Below, piece by piece: positions 44,853 through 53,627 of a stretch of DNA of 64,000 nt. Below the pieces are notes generated by a model. That model was not told the origin of the DNA. It saw only the letters and a program-made list of their open reading frames with translations, and did not search any database. The stretch lies in assembly GCA_964530995.1 (NCBI GenBank), contig CAZHCG010000003.1, positions 915 to 64,914 of the forward strand, read 5' to 3'. The position numbers and the translations under genes were made by a program. Within the stretch, counting starts at the first letter, position 1. Each line of letters starts with the position of its first letter. This stretch comes from an uncultured Myxococcales bacterium (GTDB taxonomy: Bacteria; Myxococcota_A; Polyangia; JAAYKL01).

Positions 44853-46672
44853 TTTCCGCCGCCGCCCGGCCTGGCGTTCCAGATCCTGGCCAGCAGGAAC
44901 ACGCCTACCGCTGCGAACGGTATCAGGAACAGCGGCCAGTACGACCAGTCCCGCGAGGTGATGTACCCCAGGCTGAAAGACTGGATCGCGGTTCCCAGGT
45001 AGACGAAGCCGTCGATCACGCCCACCGCGGTCGCCGCGCCCTTCCTGCCGCCGAAGTCCATCGTGGCCGTGCCCGAGAGCAGGCCGTGGGTGCCGATCAC
45101 GCACAGGCTCATCAAGAAGACGATCGCGCCGAGGAACAGCGGGCTGAGGGGCAGCACCGGCCGGGCCTCGAGGCGGCGCTTGTCCCCGGCGCGCTGCACC
45201 GGCATCGGGTCTTTCAGGCGTAGTTCCAGGCGCTCGCCCCCCCGGACCAGGATCGCGGGAATCGTGCCGTCCGACGGCTCGATCCCGCCGCCGTCGACCG
45301 TCTCCGGGTCGCTCGAGCAGATGCAGGCCTCGGCGTCCCAGCGCGACTTCTCGCAGCGCGGCTTCCAGCAGGCCACGGCCCGGCGCACGCCGTCCCAGCC
45401 GCCCACCTCCTCGCCCGCGACCGAGACGATTCGATCACCCTCTTTAAGCCTGCTGTCGTCGCTCGCCCAGGCCACCTCGGAGCCCGGTTTCCCCAGCGTG
45501 AAGAACATTCCGACCGCGGCCAGCAGCAAGATGGCGTAGAGACCCGCGGCGGTCGGGGCCCGGCGGCTCTGGAAGACCAGGTCCGAGATCCAGCCGGCCA
45601 CATTGCCGCCGATCACGCCGGCCACGAACAGCAGCCCGCCCCAGCCGGCCTGCACGAACGGAGCGAGGAAGGCCAACGCGGCCAGCACGATCAGCGTTCC
45701 GCGCCGGCCGCCGCGGCTCCGTCCGGCCAGCAGGGCCGAGATCGCGGCCGCGGCGAAGCAGGCGCCCACCAGCCAGAGGTGCTCCCAGGAGCCGTTGCGC
45801 AGCACGTGGTCCGCGGGCAGCGCCCAGACCTCCTTGGCGTAGATCGGGAACCAGTGCATGACCCCGTTGCGCAGCACGCCGGTGCACAGCTCCACGAAGG
45901 CGACGGTCAGGATCACCGGGTGGGTCAAGATCCGCTTGAAGATCTCCAGCGTCGGCAGGGGGGCGTCGCTCTCGTCGCCGGACGAGGCGTCCCCGGTGTC
46001 GAAGTCGCGGTGGCCGGCTCCGCTGGGCCGGTCGCGCAGCAGGAAAAGCTCGACGAAGAAGAACAGCGCCAGCAGGGCGCCGGGGAAGGCGAAGACGACC
46101 CACTGCAGGGAGCGGTCCGGCCAGCCGTCTCGCACGAAGTCCAGCACCCAGCCGTTGACGGTGAACGCCAGGAAAATCCCCGACGAGATCATCGCGCCGA
46201 AGATCCCGGAGAACCCGCCGCGCTCGCGGACGTGGAACCAGTGCGCGTTGACCTTGACGATGCTGACCGCGCCGTACGACTGGAAGTACATGTTGACGCA
46301 GTAAAGGACGCTGAAGACGAGGCGCAGCGGCTGCTGCGTCGGATCGGCCGATCCCAGCACGTGCAGCAGGTAGCCGCCCAGCGCGAAGTTGGCCAGCGCG
46401 GCTCCTCCCGAGGCGAGCAGGATCCCGCGCCGGCCGCCGAGGCGGTCGATCAGCGGGCCGTTGATCAGGAAGGCGAAGGCGTAGGTGATCGTGCCCGCGC
46501 CGAAGATGATTCCGAAGTCCTCCTTGGTCATCAGCTCGCCGAGCGAGGTCTTGGCCACCGTCAGGTTGTAGCGCCCCATGTAGAGCAGGGCGTAGGTCAA
46601 CCCCATCGGGAACCAGTTCCAGGCGCGGCGGATGCGGAAGCCGCGCGAGTGTCTGAGCGGCGCATCGTGCAT
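44849..46672 (-). CDS. MFS transporter (organophosphate:Pi antiporter, GlpT/UhpC-like) carrying an inserted PDZ-like domain.
   Basis: About 12 TM helices. MFS loop motif DRLGGRRG. Between C-terminal helices lies a soluble insert of about 130 aa with PDZ-like GDRIVSVAGEEVGGWDGVRRAV. Confidence 0.7.
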   Translation of the reverse strand: MHDAPLRHSRGFRIRRAWNWFPMGLTYALLYMGRYNLTVAKTSLGELMTKEDFGIIFGAGTITYAFAFLINGPLIDRLGGRRGILLASGGAALANFALGGYLLHVLGSADPTQQPLRLVFSVLYCVNMYFQSYGAVSIVKVNAHWFHVRERGGFSGIFGAMISSGIFLAFTVNGWVLDFVRDGWPDRSLQWVVFAFPGALLALFFFVELFLLRDRPSGAGHRDFDTGDASSGDESDAPLPTLEIFKRILTHPVILTVAFVELCTGVLRNGVMHWFPIYAKEVWALPADHVLRNGSWEHLWLVGACFAAAAISALLAGRSRGGRRGTLIVLAALAFLAPFVQAGWGGLLFVAGVIGGNVAGWISDLVFQSRRAPTAAGLYAILLLAAVGMFFTLGKPGSEVAWASDDSRLKEGDRIVSVAGEEVGGWDGVRRAVACWKPRCEKSRWDAEACICSSDPETVDGGGIEPSDGTIPAILVRGGERLELRLKDPMPVQRAGDKRRLEARPVLPLSPLFLGAIVFLMSLCVIGTHGLLSGTATMDFGGRKGAATAVGVIDGFVYLGTAIQSFSLGYITSRDWSYWPLFLIPFAAVGVFLLARIWNARPGGGGK

Positions 46673-46913
46673 TGCGGATTCAATACATACCGAGACCCCG
46701 CCGTGCTGTCGAAGGAAAACCGAGACAATGCCACAAAGGCGGTCTCAGCCGCCAGACGCCGGGCGGTTGGAAAAACGATGCGCAATATGGCATCGATCAT
46801 AGCGCGCCGGTCGGATCGAGCCCCAAGCTGATCGCCGACACCAGAGCGCCAACCCGAAACGCGCCCGCCGGACGATGCGCGTCCGGTGCGGCTCGTACGA
46901 GAGAGAGGGGAGC

Positions 46914-47897
46914 ATGACCGACAAGACGATCCGGATTCTGGAAGAGGGGACCGGCAAGCTGATCCAGCCGGTCGACATCGAGGCTTTCCGGGCCCACAAC
47001 AGGGCCAAGGAGAAGGCCCTCGTCGACAAGCGCGTCTCCGAGAAGGAGGCGATCGATCGCTTCGTCGAGGAGAACGACTACGTCGGCGCGGAGCTGTACG
47101 GCACGGTCCGTTGCCCGATGTCGCTCAGCCGCGAGCTGATCCGGCACGGGTTCAAGAACCTTCGCTCCGCGGCGCAGGGGGTCTACGAGGCGGACCTGTT
47201 CGCCGCGGCAGACCTGTTCCGCGAGATGGACTGGACCTATATCGGCCTCGAAGTCTACGGCGTCTCGCACAACCTGCGCCGCGCGGTCGAGTCCGGTTAC
47301 GTCCGCGAGACGGTGGAGTGGTCCAACGCCTCGCTGGCCTGGCGGTTCAAGGCGGCGGCGATGGGGGTGCCGTTCATCGCGACGCGCTCGATGCTGGGCA
47401 CCGACACGATGAAGCGCTCGGCCGGCAAGGTGATCGAATGCCCGTTCACCGGCGAGCCGGTGGCCCTGATCCCGGCGCTGATCCTCGACGTGGGCATCAT
47501 CCACGTCAACCGCGCCGACAATTACGGCAACTGCCAGATCGACGGGATCGCCGGGTTCGCGGCCGAGATGGCGCGCGCCTCGAGAAAGCTGATCATCTCT
47601 ACGGAGGAGATCGTGGACACCGAGGAGATTCGACGCAACCCGGACCGCACGATCATCCCCTGGTACCTGGTGGACGCCGTGGTCCACGCGCCGTTCGGCT
47701 CGCATCCGGGCGAGATGAACGGCGTCTACGAGCGGGACGAGGACCACATCAGGCAGTACTTCAAGGATTCCAAGGATCCGGCCAAGGTCGAGGCCTACAT
47801 GGACAAGTGGGTCTACGGAGTGAAGAGTCACGAGGAGTACCTGGACCTGGTGGGTCGGGACGAGCTGGAAAAGCTGCGCATCGAGAAGGAGGGTTGA
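46914..47897 (+). CDS. CoA-transferase family I subunit A (glutaconate-CoA-transferase GctA-like; possibly AibA-type).
   Basis: 327 aa. Resembles GctA/3-oxoacid CoA-transferase A (GVPFIATRS; IDGIAGF). Immediately followed by a subunit-B gene. Confidence 0.8.
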   Translation: MTDKTIRILEEGTGKLIQPVDIEAFRAHNRAKEKALVDKRVSEKEAIDRFVEENDYVGAELYGTVRCPMSLSRELIRHGFKNLRSAAQGVYEADLFAAADLFREMDWTYIGLEVYGVSHNLRRAVESGYVRETVEWSNASLAWRFKAAAMGVPFIATRSMLGTDTMKRSAGKVIECPFTGEPVALIPALILDVGIIHVNRADNYGNCQIDGIAGFAAEMARASRKLIISTEEIVDTEEIRRNPDRTIIPWYLVDAVVHAPFGSHPGEMNGVYERDEDHIRQYFKDSKDPAKVEAYMDKWVYGVKSHEEYLDLVGRDELEKLRIEKEG

Positions 47898-47898
47898 G

Positions 47899-48666
47899 AT
47901 GGCAGAGCAGCGCTACAACGGTTCGGAGCTGATGATCTGCCTGGCCAGCCGCGCCATGGTGGATAAGACGACCGCCTTCATCGGTACGGGCATTCCGATG
48001 CTCGCCGCCTCGCTGGCCCAGAAGATGCATGCCCCGGCGCTGACCGCGATCTTCGAGTTCGGCGGTACGGGCGCGATCCTCGAGAAGCTGCCGCTGGCCG
48101 TCGGCGACATGCGGACCTACAACAAGGCGCTGCACGCCTCGGGGATCTGCGACATCATGGAGACCGCGCAGCGCGGCTTCGTGGAGTTCGGATTCCTGGG
48201 CGGCGCGCAGATCGATCCATACGGCAACCTGAACAGCACCGTGATCGGCGATCACGCCAAGCCCAAGGTACGGCTGCCCGGCTCGGGCGGAGCCAACGAC
48301 GTGGGCTCGGCCTGCTGGCGCACGATCACGATCATCCGCCACGCGGCGCGATCCTTCGTGGAGAAGGTCGACTTCGTGACCACTCCCGGCTACCTGAGCG
48401 GACCCGGCGCGCGCGAGGCCGCCGGGCTGCCGGCCGGCTCCGGTCCCTACCGCGTGGTGACCGACCTTTGCACCATGGACTTCGACGAGGAGACCAAGCG
48501 CATGCGGGTCAAGGCGCTCAACCCGGGCGTGACCCTGGAGCGGGTCCGCGAGAGCACCGGCTTCGAGCTGGTCGTGCCCGACGAGGTGGGCGTCAACGAC
48601 GAGCCGAGCGACGAGGAGCTGCGCATCCTTCGCGAAGAGGTCGACGAGGACAAGCTCTACATCTGA
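47899..48666 (+). CDS. CoA-transferase family I subunit B (GctB-like; possibly AibB-type).
   Basis: 255 aa. Conserved segments GFLGGAQIDPYGNLNS and LPGSGGANDV (catalytic Glu region). Separated from subunit A by 1 nt. Confidence 0.8.
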   Translation: MAEQRYNGSELMICLASRAMVDKTTAFIGTGIPMLAASLAQKMHAPALTAIFEFGGTGAILEKLPLAVGDMRTYNKALHASGICDIMETAQRGFVEFGFLGGAQIDPYGNLNSTVIGDHAKPKVRLPGSGGANDVGSACWRTITIIRHAARSFVEKVDFVTTPGYLSGPGAREAAGLPAGSGPYRVVTDLCTMDFDEETKRMRVKALNPGVTLERVRESTGFELVVPDEVGVNDEPSDEELRILREEVDEDKLYI

Positions 48667-48798
48667 AGTGGCAAACGGAAAGGGCCGCGTCGCGCTCCGC
48701 TACCGGCTCCAGAGAGCATCCGTGTCGATGTCGGTATAGGTGAAGGTCCGGCCGCATTGAGGAGTTTCGCTGTTTCCAGCGGCGGCGCTACGTGGATA

Positions 48799-49566
48799 AT
48801 GGACCGCGTGGAGGATCGCGTGGCAGTCGACGCGAAACGAGAAAGAGACGAGGTCGAACAGCTGACCGCACGGCTGGGGTTCCGCTTTTCGGACGAGAGC
48901 CTGCTGGCGCAGGCGTTGGTGCACCGCTCATACTGCAACGAGCACGCCGGATCGGCGCCCCACAACGAGCGCCTCGAGTTCCTCGGAGACGCTGTGCTCG
49001 ACCTGGTGATCGCAGAGACTCTGTGGAAGGAGTTGCCCGACGCGCCCGAGGGACAGCTGACCCGCTGTCGCGCGGCACTGGTCAACGAAGCCAGCCTCGC
49101 CGATCTCGCGGCCCGTCTCGAAATCGGAGAATCGCTTCGACTCGGTCGCGGCGAGGAAATGAACAACGGTCGCCGGCGCGCGTCGATCCTCGCTGACGCC
49201 GTGGAGGCGATCGTGGGGGCGATCTTTCTCGACGGCGGCTGGCAATCGACTCGAGAGGTGATCTTGAGCTGGTTCGGAGCCAAGATCTCCGAAGTCGTCT
49301 GCGGCGACTTCGACGGTGACGCCAAGACCGATCTGCAAAAACGGCTGCAGATCCTGGATCGCGGCGAGACGCCGCAATACCGTGTGGTTACTCACAGCGG
49401 GCCCGATCACGAACCGCTGTTCGAGGTGGAGATAGGCGTGGGAGACGAAATTTTCGGCTCCGGCAAGGGACGGAGCAAGAAGCTCGCCGAGCAGGCAGCT
49501 GCCCGCGACGCTTTGAGAAGCCTGGGAGAAACCGACCGGCGGAGCCGGAAAGGAGCTGAGGAATGA
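48799..49566 (+). CDS. rnc: Ribonuclease III.
   Basis: RNase III signature ERLEFLGDAVL. Catalytic DAVEAIVGAIFLDGG. C-terminal dsRBD (PQYRV...GPDHEPLFEVEI...GKGRSKKLAEQAAA). Confidence 0.9.
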   Translation: MDRVEDRVAVDAKRERDEVEQLTARLGFRFSDESLLAQALVHRSYCNEHAGSAPHNERLEFLGDAVLDLVIAETLWKELPDAPEGQLTRCRAALVNEASLADLAARLEIGESLRLGRGEEMNNGRRRASILADAVEAIVGAIFLDGGWQSTREVILSWFGAKISEVVCGDFDGDAKTDLQKRLQILDRGETPQYRVVTHSGPDHEPLFEVEIGVGDEIFGSGKGRSKKLAEQAAARDALRSLGETDRRSRKGAEE

Positions 49567-49985
49567 AAAGAGCCGTCTGCGCGCTGGTCGCCGCCGCGGC
49601 TCTCGTCGCGGTTGTGCGCGCTGGTGCCGAAACAAAACGAGAGTACGAAAATCGCTTTCAGATGATGGTGGAATTCGCGGTCCGCACCAACGAGTACGTG
49701 CGCCGCCACCTGGGAGACCGGTCTCTTTGCGAGTACGCCCAGGAGATGGCCGCTGTCAATGCGGGGGAAGCCGAGAAAATGACTCCGCCGTCGTGCTACC
49801 AAATGCTGCACCCGCACTTTCTGCTGGTTCTCGAGAACATCGAACGATCCTTCCACTTCGCAGCGCAGGGACGGCTCGACCGCTATCGACATCACCAGAA
49901 GATCGTGCGCAAGGAGCTGAACCTGCTGGAGACATTCGCCGATCGCCAAGGCCTGAGACTGTACATGTGGGACCTCGGCTTCTGA
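49563..49985 (+). CDS. Small secreted protein, hypothetical (140 aa).
   Basis: Signal peptide MKRAVCALVAAAALVAVVRAGA. Varied composition with four Cys. ATGA overlap with rnc. Confidence 0.45.
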   Translation: MKRAVCALVAAAALVAVVRAGAETKREYENRFQMMVEFAVRTNEYVRRHLGDRSLCEYAQEMAAVNAGEAEKMTPPSCYQMLHPHFLLVLENIERSFHFAAQGRLDRYRHHQKIVRKELNLLETFADRQGLRLYMWDLGF

Positions 49986-50244
49986 GCCCCGATCCTCGCG
50001 ACGATTCGACATCGGCGCTCGCCCCTGCCCTCCCCCGCCGCGCCGGATCGGGCTCGATCTCCAGCGGCTCGTCCCACACATCGATCACGCGGTGGATCCG
50101 GCAAGCCCCGGCCTCGTCGCAGACCAGCACGAGGTGATCAACGTCTTCGTCCCACTCCTCCAGCGGGCCTACCAGTCCACGGACGTGGCCGGTCCCGGTG
50201 ATCAGCGTGGCGACAAACGTGTCAGGGTCCCTGAAAAAAATCTG

Positions 50245-50640
50245 TCAAGCCCGCTCGAAGCCGGCCTGTCTGAAGTGCTCGTCCAGGGTCAAGGCCTCCT
50301 CGATTCTGCGGCTCCTCATCAGCTCGAAGCTGGCGCAGTCCACCAGGCTCAGGCGCCGTCTGTCCTCCCTCAGCAGCCTTTTCACCGCCTTCAGGTGCAG
50401 CTCGGCCGAGACGTGCTCCACCTCGAGCAGGGGGAGGATCCGAAGGTGCAGGTCGCGCACGGCAGGCATTCCGATCCGGTGCTGCAGCAGCGCGGTCGTC
50501 TCCACCACCACGTAGGAGCTGGTCAGCAGCTTCCCGCCGCGTACCGCGACTCGCTCGAACGCCTCGGCCACCTCTCCGTGGCCCTGCTCGGTCCCGACCA
50601 GGAGCGCGTATAGCGCCGAGGTGTCGACGAAGACGGTCAC
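50245..50640 (-). CDS. vapC: PIN-domain ribonuclease toxin (VapC-like).
   Basis: N-terminal FVDTSALYAL (first acidic residue). Conserved E and D further on (VVVETTALL, LSLVDCASF). 131 aa. Overlaps the upstream antitoxin by 4 nt. Confidence 0.8.
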   Translation of the reverse strand: MTVFVDTSALYALLVGTEQGHGEVAEAFERVAVRGGKLLTSSYVVVETTALLQHRIGMPAVRDLHLRILPLLEVEHVSAELHLKAVKRLLREDRRRLSLVDCASFELMRSRRIEEALTLDEHFRQAGFERA

Positions 50641-50900
50641 GGCTCCTCCCTCGCGGCGTACGCCTCGGCCAGGTGCCGGTCGTGTCGGACGGCCGCGTCG
50701 GTGGTGCCGGACGGGTCGGCGTGCCGGCCGACCACGGCCATCGCCTCGCGCAGCAGGCGGGCGCGCGAGCCCTCGTGCTCGGAGAGCTTCTCGTCCACCA
50801 GCGCGCGGATCACCGCCGCCAGAGACATCCTTTGCTCGTGCGCCAGCGCGCGGAGACGCTCGTGTTGCGTTTCGGAAAGCTGTATTTGAGTCCGTATCAT
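50637..50900 (-). CDS. vapB: Ribbon-helix-helix antitoxin (VapB/CopG-like).
   Basis: 87 aa. The N-terminus IQLSETQHERLRALAHEQRMSLAAVIRALV fits the RHH beta-strand plus two helices. The acidic C-terminus is typical of antitoxins. Confidence 0.7.
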   Translation of the reverse strand: MIRTQIQLSETQHERLRALAHEQRMSLAAVIRALVDEKLSEHEGSRARLLREAMAVVGRHADPSGTTDAAVRHDRHLAEAYAAREEP

Positions 50901-50922
50901 GATGTAATGATGGTTACATCAT
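50899..50922. promoter_or_regulatory. Perfect 9-bp inverted repeat ATGATGTAA-n6-TTACATCAT overlapping the vapB start codon; putative RHH operator.
   Basis: Seen directly: ...cgtatcATGATGTAAtgatggTTACATCATgaag... The palindrome spans the antitoxin translation start and 5' UTR. This is typical of autoregulated TA operators. Confidence 0.4.
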
Positions 50923-51090
50923 GAAGCCTTGTCAAGCCGAGACAGCGGATCTTCGGGTCAGAGCCGACGACTGCTCGTAATCATTTGCTTTTTTGTTCCA
51001 GGGTCGTCCTATCGTAAGTTAGCCAGGATAATCGGCAGGTGGCGCCGACGTCGAGGCAGCCTTGGGCTCGAAGCGGGGCGCTAGGGGGCT

Positions 51091-51855
51091 CTACGGCTCC
51101 CCCTCCGACAGATCCAGCGGACCTCCCAGGCCTATGTCTCCCAAGTCGACCGGCTCTCCCCGGCGCGCCGGGGGGAGCGGGCGGGGCAGCTTCGCGGCGG
51201 CCTCGGCTCGCTGGCGCAGAAGACTGGTCTTTCGCTCGTCGCGGAAAAGGGCCCACAGATCTCCTCCCGCCTTCCAGATGCGCGCCGGCCGCTCGACCTC
51301 CTCCACCGCCGAGCGCTCCAGCAGCTCGCCCGCGGCTCCGGAGCCGAAGCGCCCGGTGAGCCGCCGCTCCAGGCCCTCGAACGCCTCGGGCACGAACGTG
51401 AATCCGAGCGAGATCAGCCTCCCGTCCAGCAGCGCACCCCGCACCGCGATCAGCTCCCACGACTTGAGCGAGCCGGCCTGGAGCAGCGCGCAGCCGGACA
51501 GCTCGCGCCCGCCGGCGGGGCGCTCCTCGATCAGGCTCCGCTCCGGATCCACCACGTCGAGCGCCGCCAGCGGAGCGCAGCTCACGCGCGAACGGGCCCC
51601 GGCGTCGTCCAACCCGGCCAGCCCGGCCAGCGCCTCGCGAAAGCTCGCCTCGTCCGCTCCCAGCTGAATCGACTCCCAGGCCAGGGGCGTCTCGCCCAGC
51701 GCCTCGGACTCGGGCACCTCGATCGCGGGGCGCCGCGCGTCGGGATCTCCGCTGCGGCCGCCCGGCTTCGAGGAGCACGAGCCGCACCTGGTGCAGGAGC
51801 CGGCCGTCAATCCGGCGGCGAGCAGGGTTGCGATGTAACAGATGAAAAGGCGCAC
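51091..51855 (-). CDS. Putative secreted lipoprotein, hypothetical (GTG start).
   Basis: VRLFICYIATLLAAGLTAGSC is signal-peptide-like. The downstream 230 aa have a varied composition (W, F, K present). The competing ORF in another frame is Arg/Gly-rich. Low certainty. Confidence 0.35.
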   Translation of the reverse strand: MRLFICYIATLLAAGLTAGSCTRCGSCSSKPGGRSGDPDARRPAIEVPESEALGETPLAWESIQLGADEASFREALAGLAGLDDAGARSRVSCAPLAALDVVDPERSLIEERPAGGRELSGCALLQAGSLKSWELIAVRGALLDGRLISLGFTFVPEAFEGLERRLTGRFGSGAAGELLERSAVEEVERPARIWKAGGDLWALFRDERKTSLLRQRAEAAAKLPRPLPPARRGEPVDLGDIGLGGPLDLSEGEP

Positions 51856-52264
51856 GCCGGGTCCGCCACGCCCCGAGGTCCGGGCGCCTTCAGCCGGGAT
51901 CGACGGAGAAGTCGATGATCGCGACGCCCCGATCGCTGCGCTCGTCGTCCTGTTCGGCATCGGGACTCTCCGGCTCCTCGGGCGGCAGCTCGACGAAGGC
52001 CTCGCTGGACGGCCGGTTATTGCGATCTCTCTTCCGCCGGAGCTTCTCATCGACGATGTATGCGGGCAAGAACAAGCTTTCGGCTCCCTGATTTCGACGT
52101 CCCCGCCTCTTGGACAGGGGCTTGACCATCCATTCTGATCTTAGCACCGCGATCCGGGCCGGTCAACGATATCGCCGCTCGAAGCAACTCGGCCCGCCGC
52201 CGTTTTTGTTGTCCGTCGGCGCGGGCTTCGTGGTATAGGCGAGCCCGGGCCGAGAGGAATCACC

Positions 52265-53599
52265 GTGAGCGAAAGCAGCACCACGAGGCCGGCCGCCAAG
52301 GGCCGGGTCGTCTTCATCGACCAGGCGCGCGCCCTGGCGATCCTGATGATGCTGTTCGGCCACTCCCTCGATCGCTTCCTGGGAGAGCCGTGGCGCTCCG
52401 GCCAGCTCTACGGCGACTACCAGTTCGTGCGGGGCATCACCTCGGCGCTGTTCCTGATGGTCTCGGGATTCTCCTTCGTGGTCGCCTCGTTCGGCCACTG
52501 GGACGACTACATTCGCTGGAGCCCGCGGCTCTGGGGCCGGGTGCGCCGCATCGCCTTGATCTTCCTTCTGGGCTACGTGCTGCACCTCTGGGCGCCGACC
52601 CTGACCCAGAGCGTGCACTGGTTCTCGCCGGGCAACTGGGAGCGCTTCTTGCGCTTCGACGTCTTGCAGAACATCGCTTTCGGCCTGACCCTGCTGCACG
52701 TGCTGGCCCTGGTCGTGCGCAGGCGCGAGCGTTTCTGGAAAGCGGCGCTGGCCGCGCTGGCCGTGGTGCTGCTGCTGGCGCCGCTGACCTATCATCCCCA
52801 GCTGGACGCCCGGCTGCCGGCCGGCCTGACCGCAGCGCTCAACCTCTACCACCTCTCGCGCTTCCCGGTCGTGCCGTTCACCGGTTACCTGCTGCTGGGC
52901 GCGATTTTCGGCCACTGGTTCTGGCTCCTGCGCAGAAGCGGAGCCGAGGGCCGCGTGATCGCGGCGCTGGCCGGTTGCGGCGCGATCTTCCTGCTGTTCG
53001 AGCACGTGATCCGCAACCTGCTGGACGGCGGCCTGTTCCCCTACTCGACCCCGGCGGCGCACATGCCGGGCAACACCTTCGCCCGCGCCGGCTGCGCGAT
53101 GCTCGCGATAAGCGGGCTGTACCTGCTGGGCCGCTACAAGCTGGTGCTGCGCAAGCTGTCGTTCATCCTGAGCAAGGATTCGCTGACGATCTACTTCGTC
53201 CACCTGGGCCTGGTCTACGGGGGGCTCTCGATGCCGAGCATGTTCCGCTCGCACGCGCACCTGATGACGCCCTCGCAGGCGGCGGCCTGGATCGCGTCCC
53301 TGGTCGCGACGATGACGCTGATGGCCTGGGGGATCGGCTGGCTACGCGACAACCGTCCGCGCTGGCTGAGCGGAACGCGGCACGTGCTGCTGGTGGGAGG
53401 GCTCACGGCCTTCGCGCTCTGGCCGCGACTGACCGCGGCGCGGGTCGCGCTGGCCCTGGCGGTGGGGATCGCGCTGGTGCTGATCCGCGAGCGCCGCCGG
53501 GTGATGGCCGCGGGCCGGCCCGATCCGCTGCGCTCTGCGATCTCGGCGCTGACCGGAATCCGCCGCCGCTTGCAGCGCCCCCTCTCCCCGTCGGTCTGA
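52265..53599 (+). CDS. Polytopic membrane protein of the DUF1624 / heparan-alpha-glucosaminide N-acetyltransferase-like (acyltransferase_3-like) family.
   Basis: N-terminal RVVFIDQARALAILMMLFGHS is typical of this family. 10-11 TM helices. GTG start. Confidence 0.55.
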   Translation: MSESSTTRPAAKGRVVFIDQARALAILMMLFGHSLDRFLGEPWRSGQLYGDYQFVRGITSALFLMVSGFSFVVASFGHWDDYIRWSPRLWGRVRRIALIFLLGYVLHLWAPTLTQSVHWFSPGNWERFLRFDVLQNIAFGLTLLHVLALVVRRRERFWKAALAALAVVLLLAPLTYHPQLDARLPAGLTAALNLYHLSRFPVVPFTGYLLLGAIFGHWFWLLRRSGAEGRVIAALAGCGAIFLLFEHVIRNLLDGGLFPYSTPAAHMPGNTFARAGCAMLAISGLYLLGRYKLVLRKLSFILSKDSLTIYFVHLGLVYGGLSMPSMFRSHAHLMTPSQAAAWIASLVATMTLMAWGIGWLRDNRPRWLSGTRHVLLVGGLTAFALWPRLTAARVALALAVGIALVLIRERRRVMAAGRPDPLRSAISALTGIRRRLQRPLSPSV

Positions 53600-53627
53600 C
53601 GACCACGCTTTCGGACGCGACGGCTGC

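Noticed and set aside
49756-50244. Possible glyoxalase/VOC-like fragment (QIFFRDPD...) downstream of vapC, in the same frame as vapC beyond its TGA stop.
   Set aside because: Only the FRDPD pentapeptide resembles VOC proteins. The remaining 150 codons are Arg/Gly/Ser-rich junk-like sequence overlapping the convergent secreted-protein gene. The 131-aa VapC is full length for a PIN toxin. The open frame is most likely a GC artefact, not a read-through or fused gene.
50981-51787. Alternative 268-aa minus-strand ORF overlapping the proposed lipoprotein gene 51091-51855.
   Set aside because: The translation is Arg/Gly/Ala-dominated with no hydrophobic core or motifs. The other frame gives a signal-peptide-like start and a balanced composition.
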